Below are positions 56,693-64,000 of a stretch of 64,000 nucleotides of DNA, piece after piece. The DNA comes from Paragordius varius (Eukaryota; Animalia; Nematomorpha), in assembly GCA_964247055.1 (NCBI GenBank), contig OZ176054.1, positions 6,820,001-6,884,000 of the forward strand. The letters run 5' to 3'. The position numbers and the translations under genes were made by a program. The notes under the pieces are model-generated. The model was not told the origin of the DNA. It saw only the letters and a list, made by a program, of their open reading frames with translations, and searched no databases. Each line of letters opens with the position of its first letter. Position 1 is the stretch's first letter.

Positions 56693-59231
56693 ATGAACAA
56701 TAATAAGGTTAATATCCCTGTCATACCAAATTTTAAGTTGATTTTCATTTAATTATTATAGTTTTAATAATTTTCACAAAAATTCAACCTACAATGAGGC
56801 TCTTGATAACTTTTCTAAGCAAAAGTTGGGGGATTTTAATCATAATCATTCTGTACACAATATCAAAAAACTTATTGATAAATATTTTAAAAATCAAAAA
56901 GAAAATGGTGTCAAAATAATTTATCTACATAAAATTGCTAAAGTTATATTTAATTTACTGCAAATATTTGTCCCCCTTGATGCATGGGACTATATTAAAC
57001 CTTTTCGATTGCGTAAAATAATTTTTTATCATATTAAATACATATATTCCGATAAAAACTTTATTATACCAAATTATATTTGGAATAAATGCCGAGATTA
57101 TAATATGCAACGAAATTTATATGCCCCTTTTTGGCAGCATTTTTGGATCTGGATCATTTGTGATTACATACCCAATTTTATTCTGAAAAAATATTTTTTC
57201 ACAATGTTTGAACAACGCTTCGTGCCAAATAACTGTAAAACCGATTTTAAACTTAATTACAGCACATATTTTTTCCGTAAAAGAAGCAATAATTCCTCAA
57301 TTTTAGCCCATAATTCATTTTTGATTCATCAAAAACGGATAAAAATGTTGCCGGATAGGCAGAAACTTCACAAAATTCAAAATTATATTCTTCATCGACA
57401 AATACTTTTGCCCAAATATTCGTTTTGTAAAGCGCGCAGCCTAGTAAAAATAACTTCCTATCGAACTATTTTAAAACATATCCGCACTTCAATCAATTCT
57501 CCGCCTCGGTTATCACACATTCCTGGGACCTCTCACAATAAAATTTCATTAAAATGCCTTTTGGCCTTATTAAAATACATGTTTACAGATTATTTAAATT
57601 ACAGACAAAATACTTTTTACATATTTAAAAAATCTCTAGTAAAGTATGTCACATCTTATCGCGACTTTCATAAACATTGGTTTCCATTTATATCCAATCT
57701 CACCTCGTCATGTGATTTAAGCGAGAAATCCAATAATGAAAAATGTTCTTCAAACATACCATTGTATATGTTTAAATGTGACATGGAGCAATGTTTTGAT
57801 AACATTAATCAAACAATCTTGTTTGACTTGTTGAACAAAGTTTTAGTTGAACCTTGGTCTGGTTTAACGATTTATTGTGTCCCCTACACCCTTAAAAGAT
57901 ATATCAATACCTCCTCAATTATTTCTTCTTTAAACAATCACAAAAAATCTGTGGTGCGGCGACGACTTCAAAAATACTTTTTCTTCCCTTCAAGTTTACT
58001 CTCTGTGTGGCAGGCTGAATTAATAAATACCGTTAAAAGAAATAACTCTATGACCACAAATAATTATGAAATTGATCTGCATGCCAATTCAAAACGAAAA
58101 ATGGTACCTTTTCCCATTGATTGGATGAATGTTAAAAGTATGTTGCATACTTATATTTTTTGTTCAATAATGCAAATACAAGCACATGCGCAATCAAAAA
58201 TTTTGAAATGTCGTCTGCCGTTTCCAACAACACTCAAAAGTTATGACCTTTACCAATTGAAGTGTGGGATACCCCAAGGGGGTGTTTTATCAAGCTTTCT
58301 TTGTGATTTTTATTACACTATGATAGATTATACCATAATTGATCATATCAATGAGTATCTATTATTAATGTCCGAAACATATAAAAATAATGCTACCGAA
58401 AATGCAACACAATTACTTTATTGTCGACATATGGATGATTATTTGTGTTTTAGTCCGGATAAACATATTTGTCTTTGCGTACTCAATATCTTTTTACGGG
58501 CAAGCGAAACTCTTGGATTCAAGGTAAAACCTACAAAATTACAACATAATTTATTTCCCAGTTCAAAGATGAATACAGAGTCCGAAATTTTGTCAACCTC
58601 CTCTTATCTTACATGGTGTGGAATTTCTATCATGACCCAATACCCATACGCTATTACAAGCTCCCGAGCTAGAAAAATGATTTTTACTGACATTTTTAAA
58701 TTTGATTATGCATATACAATGTCTGAGAATGGCGGCGAAATCCAATGCAAAAGTAAAACGGAACACTTTGAAAAATATTTTAACAGTTTGTCTAATCAAA
58801 TCACGCGTTACCTTCAAGGTAGCCTTAATGAAGCAATGTTATTTACCATAGAGACACAACATCAATCATTGTCTGATTCAAAACCAAATATTTTACTTGA
58901 TTTAAATTTAGCCTCCATATATGATATATTTTCCATTTGTGCCCTTAAATTTTGTAATAATTTTTATGATAGAGCTATGAAGCAAAAAATAAGTATATAC
59001 CTTAATCTCATAATGCAAAAACTTGTACAAATTGTATGCAAACGTATAGCTAATAGTTGGGAAATTTGTCATGGTTTATATATGTCGACTGATAAATATA
59101 TCAGCTATATAACTTTAATATGTGTTTGGGCTTTCGCATCCGTATACAAAGCAAAAAAATGTCCGTTACGCCGTACAGTTATGAATGATCTCAATACCCA
59201 AATATCACATTTAAAAAAATGTTTAGCATAG
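56693..59231 (+). CDS. TERT: Telomerase reverse transcriptase (about 837 aa)
   Basis: Exons 56693-56736 and 56762-59231 (25-nt intron). QFP-like VIFNLLQIFVPLDAW, T-motif-like KKYFFTMFE...YFFRK, motif 1 LLPK, motif A YMFKCDMEQCFDNI, B' GIPQGGVLSSFLCDFYY, C RHMDDYL, D GFKVKPTK, E TWCG. Confidence 0.93.
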
Positions 59232-59706
59232 TTTTTTTATATTTATTGAAGATTCACATTATTAAAATATATAACAAGAATTATTTTATGTAGCATTTAG
59301 GTTGTTAAATAAATTTGCTTGTATATATTATTTTGTAATACACTCTGGGGCGAAAATGGATGATTAAAAATGCTTTATTTATGATATATTGTTTGATAGC
59401 TAAAAGCTTCAGGATAATGAATTAATATGAGTGCGTTGACAATGTAAAAAAATCTTATTTCAAATTTTCTCCTATTAACTAAAATCAAAAAATCGCGTTT
59501 TTGTCGGAAATTTGGTCTAGTAAAATTAAATACAACGGACAAAAACGTATCAACAAAGTTTTATTTAATATAATATACCATAAGGATATTCCTAAACGGA
59601 AAATATGATAATTCAGACGGTCCTTAAATGAATACTAAAAAATTGCACTTTGTAAGGTATATTATCAAATAAAATTTCGTTGACGCGTTTTCCTCCGTTG
59701 TATATA

Positions 59707-60476
59707 CCATTTACACTTCAAGAGTGTCCTTGAACAATTCAAGTTGGTCCTTGAACAATTCAAGTTGGTCCTTGAACAGTTCAAGTTGGTCCTTGAACAA
59801 TTCAAGTTGGTCCTTAAACAATTCAAGTTGGTCCTTGAACAATTCAAGTTGGTCCTTCAAATTTATAAATTTTGATTTAACCAAAATTTTTGCATTTATT
59901 TATTTATTTTATTATTTATTTACCTAATTTTCTTTATTTATTATATATTTATTCTTTTAAAAATAAATTTTTTTATTGAAAAACACTTTTTTTGTTTCAA
60001 ACTATTTTTTTCAATCAACAAAATTATTGACTTTTAAATGTTTTTAATAAAAAATTTTAATTAATAACCCAGAAAACTTATATAATTTTTCATTTCATGT
60101 TAAAATCTTATAAATATCCAAATTTATTTAAAGAAATTAATAAAGATATACGGTTTTTCAAAGATTAAAAGTTGATATCGATTTAAAATTTATGTTAAAT
60201 AATAGAAAATGGTTAAAAACAATAAAATAGACGAATTATTTTCGATTTGATTGATAAAAGTTAAAAATAAAGCAAAAAAGTTAAAGGACCAACTTGAATT
60301 GTTCAAGGACCAACTTGAATTGTTCAAGGACCAACTTGAACTGTTCAAGGACCAACTTGAACTGTTCAAGGACCAACTTGAATTGTTCAAGGACCAACTT
60401 GAATTGTTCAAGGACCAACTTGAATTGTTCAAGGACCAACTTGAATTGTTCAAGGACACTCTTGAAGTGTAAATGG
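59707..60476. mobile_element. TIR element whose arms contain tandem 21-bp arrays
   Basis: TATATA|CCATTTACACTTCAAGAGTGT then 6 x CCTTGAACAATTCAAGTTGGT (59728-59853). The mirror arm has 8 units (about 60288-60455) and ends ACACTCTTGAAGTGTAAATGG|TATATA. Confidence 0.85.
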
Positions 60477-62417
60477 TATATAATATTAAACATGATGCGC
60501 GACAAGGATGCATTTTTTTGATTTTGGCCTATAGAAGAAAAATTAAAATAAGCTTTTTTCTATTGTTAATCACTATCCTATTAGCTTTTAGCAATCAAAT
60601 GATTATAACTAAGCGATTTCCTGGATTATGATATACTATATCAATAGGTATACCCCCTGTCACATGTCGGTGTGATTAATTTACATTTAGCGATTTGGTT
60701 TGATGAGAATTCCGAAATTAACTGAGGATAAAATGCAACTATAGTTTAAATCACTGAAAAATTTGTCATTAACCATGGGTTTTTTTACGTGCAAACTATT
60801 AGTCATTAATCAAATTTGCTTATAATAAAAGTTTCTTATTTAAAAAATTTAAATCTATGAAAAACATTTTAAAAACTTAATATTTATGGGTTTATTTTTA
60901 GAGGTGATCCAAAAAAGTAGCTTGACCATGGTTGAAAAAGAAACTGTAAATGCTATCGATAGAATTCATAATAAATCAACACATTTTCAAAGACGTATTT
61001 AGAAGATTGTTTTTTAAAAATGCACTTTATACATAAACTGGAGCTGAACAAACTATGCATTTTAATAAGTAAATTGATTATTTATTCATATGAATAAAAA
61101 ATATGAAATTTTGTGTATATATGGGCGCAACTGTGCCTTGAAAAATTCCTTCTGATGCAATAGTTAACAATTTTTGCAGAGGATAATGGCAGGATTAGAA
61201 TCGAATGCATTTTGTGTTTGGATTCTGGTTAATTTCAATTTTTTTAACTCAAGTTTTTGTTTTAGAATGCAATTTTTAGTAATACAACTGTTAAGGAAAA
61301 AAATGGGGATCCCTAATGGTTTTAATGCAGTCTCATTGTCGCTAGTGTATATTGATTGATATAATTTGAAAAAAATGCCACGAAAATATATGAAACCTAA
61401 AAAATGTATGCAACTCACTGAATAATTATATTAGTAAATGTAATTATAAATAACGTTAAATATTAAAAATTGAAAAAAAATAATAAAAAAAATATTTTTT
61501 AAAACCGTTTAATTAGCGCTGCGTAAGATTTTAAGCCAATGTTTTTGCTTTTCCAAATCCAAAACACATATATTCTGGGTAGCTAGTGGAAAAAGGATAA
61601 TACAAAAAATCTTAAGAATAGCTCAAAATTTTTATATATAGCCCATTCTGGAAGAACATGCGAAGTTTACATACTATGCTTCTGTGCTAATAACAATTTA
61701 CGGGTTGGGTTTGTGAAATTTAAAATATACTATACGACGATGATTTTATGAGAATAGATTAAAATTGCTTCAAAATAACTTTTATTCACATATTAACGGG
61801 TTTTAATTTACTAAATCTACTATTAACTACGACTTATAAGGGTAAAATTTGGTAGCCAAGTTAGGCGAGCCGGAAAGCTAATTTGAATTGGACTGTTGTA
61901 AGCGCATTTATAAATGTATTCAACTTTTATATTTAAGCATAGTCTACACGCTTTCTGAAATATTACCTAAGCCAACATTCTAAATTTTAATTTCACATCT
62001 AAAAAATATTTTTTAGCGTAACAATTAATTTGTTATTCCTTTTTGACATAAAGGTAACCGGAATTACCTAGTTCTTAAGATTTAAGCAAGTTGATGGCAC
62101 TAACTGTGGTTTCAATTTTTTGATAATCACCCTGAGATTATATAAACGGTCGCGGAAACATTTGATTTTTTTAAAAAAAGTATTTATTTCATTAATACAC
62201 AGAATCCGTTGATTCTGATTACAAATTTCTAAACCCTGATTAAATTGTGGAGATTTGATAAATCACCAAACATTTGTCTAGCAAAATCTAGGTCTGAAAA
62301 TATTGACATAAGAAGACTCCTAGTTTAAAATGAAACTGGAATGGGCCGATTTTTTGAAGAGTTAATCAGGATATAAGTTGGTTCTTACAAAATAAATTAT
62401 TAAAAAAAATAAAAAAT

Positions 62418-62499
62418 CGACGAGGATGGGATTCGAACCCACGCGGGGAAACCCCAATGGATTAGCAGTCCATCGCCTTAACCACTCGGCCACCTCGTC
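62418..62499 (-). tRNA. tRNA-Ser(GCT)
   Basis: GACGAGGTGGCCGAGTGGTTAAGGCGATGGACTGCTAATCCATTGGGGTTTCCCCGCGTGGGTTCGAATCCCATCCTCGTCG: cloverleaf with long variable arm, A and B boxes, and a downstream T-run terminator. Confidence 0.97.
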
Positions 62500-62572
62500 A
62501 TGCCAACATGGTTGGAGATAATAATTTAATAAAGCGTAAAATGTCTACTTTGGTAAAATAAAATTTATTTAA

Positions 62573-63106
62573 TTAAAATGCCAATTTTTTCATTAGTAAA
62601 TAAACATGATCATCAAGTTCAAATCCATGTAAATTATTTGCGTCTCCCTGTAATCGCATCAAAAGTCCACCAAATGAAACATAGGCGGACAAGCGTGAAC
62701 CTGTGGATACATTATAAGAGTCAGGTGCGTATGATGTGTCATCAAACCCTTCTATTCGATAAATTTTTCCATACATGACATATTCAAAAGCATCAGCTTT
62801 ACTTCCTGTCATCTTATGCATTGACAAATCAGTGTTTCTATCACCTATAATTAATTTTAATTTACCAAATGCCAAAGGGTCGTATTCACCATCATCTAAT
62901 AAACCGTCTTCACGTAATGTATTTGCAATTACTAATCGAAATTTATCTCCCAGATCTATTGGGTATATTTGAGAATAAACATCTAAGATTAAATCCATTT
63001 TAAAGCTTTCGCTTTCGCAAAAGATTCGGGAAACTTTGTCAAATTTTTTGCCTTCTGGATCAATATCCTTGACATTAAAAATATCCTCGAATAAAACTCC
63101 AGACAT
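62573..63106 (-). CDS. POLR2H: RNA polymerases I, II and III common subunit RPB8 (RPABC3)
   Basis: [27 protein letters not shown]...[22 protein letters not shown]...YLLMKKLAF closely matches RPB8. May contain an in-frame intron at 62865-62845 or 62865-62806. Confidence 0.97.
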   Translation of the reverse strand: MSGVLFEDIFNVKDIDPEGKKFDKVSRIFCESESFKMDLILDVYSQIYPIDLGDKFRLVIANTLREDGLLDDGEYDPLAFGKLKLIIGDRNTDLSMHKMTGSKADAFEYVMYGKIYRIEGFDDTSYAPDSYNVSTGSRLSAYVSFGGLLMRLQGDANNLHGFELDDHVYLLMKKLAF

Positions 63107-63444
63107 GCTTTATTTATGACATTATGAAAAATTGGTGGGTACAAAAATGTTTTTCGGAAATATTACATCAATTAAACCATTATTTTTTTGTAAAAATACA
63201 ACATATTAAATAATTTATAAATTGCAAAAACTTTTAGCCATATAAAATAAATTATCCAAAAGTTGTAAAAATTTATTCAGTTACTCAAAGGATGGCGTTT
63301 ATGTGTTACAAACATATAAAACCACTTTTCTTATCTCTTGAGTTCAAAGAAATTAAATGGATAATGCTAAGGTGTAACTTAACTGATTTGTTTCTGTCTA
63401 TATCATTATAACATGTCAGAAATAAATTTAATGTATTCATGTAA

Positions 63445-63980
63445 CACTTATATACAACACATTCATTTCAGTCCTCCGATTCGAATTTAGGGTCTTTGAG
63501 GACCCCAGGCCTATTTAAGACAATATATAAAAATACATGGAATAAATTAAAACTATTGCAAAAGTTTGATAAAAACCAACCATTGATGCCCCGAAAATAA
63601 GTAATATTTCTTTTAAGAAGACTCGATATAATAACCATTTAATTGATAAACCTCAAGGTTAAAGTTTTTTCAATATGACATCTGTGCATAAGCTAAGTAT
63701 AAAGAAAATGCAAACCATTTTTTTTCAGTGTTAAATGTGATCCAAATAAATTAGTTTGAATTTGGCGTTAGTCAAATAAACACTATTTTGATAATGTTGT
63801 AAAATAAAAAGACGTCGATGTAATTTGTTATGAAATTTTTCTTAAAAACTAATTTTATTTATCTAAACTTATTTATATATTTTAAAATTTGAAGCTTAAA
63901 TTTAAATTAGGGCTATTCTATTCGGTAGTTAAATAATATTTTGAAAAAATGGGTTTATACCCCAATTTGAATCAAACTCT
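63445..63980 (+). mobile_element. TTAA-family MITE, degenerate copy F
   Basis: GTAA|CACTTATATACAACACATTCATTTCAGTCC...CCCAATTTGAATCAAAC; both ends are mutated. Confidence 0.6.
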
Positions 63981-64000
63981 TTGTAGGATAACGACTAAAT

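Noticed and set aside
59728-60455. 21-bp palindromic repeats near a reverse transcriptase as a CRISPR or retron-like array
   Set aside because: Units are contiguous with no spacers, there are no cas genes, the context is eukaryotic, and the RT is a TERT.
59665-60521. Heptad-repeat ORFs (KDQLELF, NCSRTNL, SLNNSSW, VLEQFKL)
   Set aside because: By-products of a nearly stop-free 21-bp repeat read in several frames.

Overview
Very AT-rich eukaryotic genomic DNA from a bilaterian animal (it carries an NR5A/FTZ-F1 gene and uses the standard code). Six protein-coding genes were rebuilt by hand from homology and splice phase: the 3' part of mitochondrial glutamyl-tRNA synthetase (EARS2, +), a DUF229 alkaline-phosphatase-superfamily gene (-, one in-frame stop), a ~1220-aa NR5A/FTZ-F1 receptor (+), a 13-exon PM20D1-like M20 peptidase (-), telomerase reverse transcriptase (TERT, +) and RNA polymerase subunit RPB8 (-). 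There is also one tRNA-Ser(GCT). Most remaining recognisable sequence is non-autonomous transposons: Helitrons, hAT, Tc1/mariner-like and TTAA-flanked MITEs, giant foldbacks, and decayed RTE and gypsy fragments. Most notable: (1) obligatory 24-25 nt introns alongside multi-kb introns; (2) a TERT with no TEN domain but a long IFD, whose ATG lies 78 bp from the ATG of the divergent PM20D1-like gene; (3) a TIR element built of palindromic 21-bp arrays just downstream of TERT; (4) a nested ~3-kb double foldback in an NR5A intron. All exon boundaries are manual predictions; no database search or alignment program was run.
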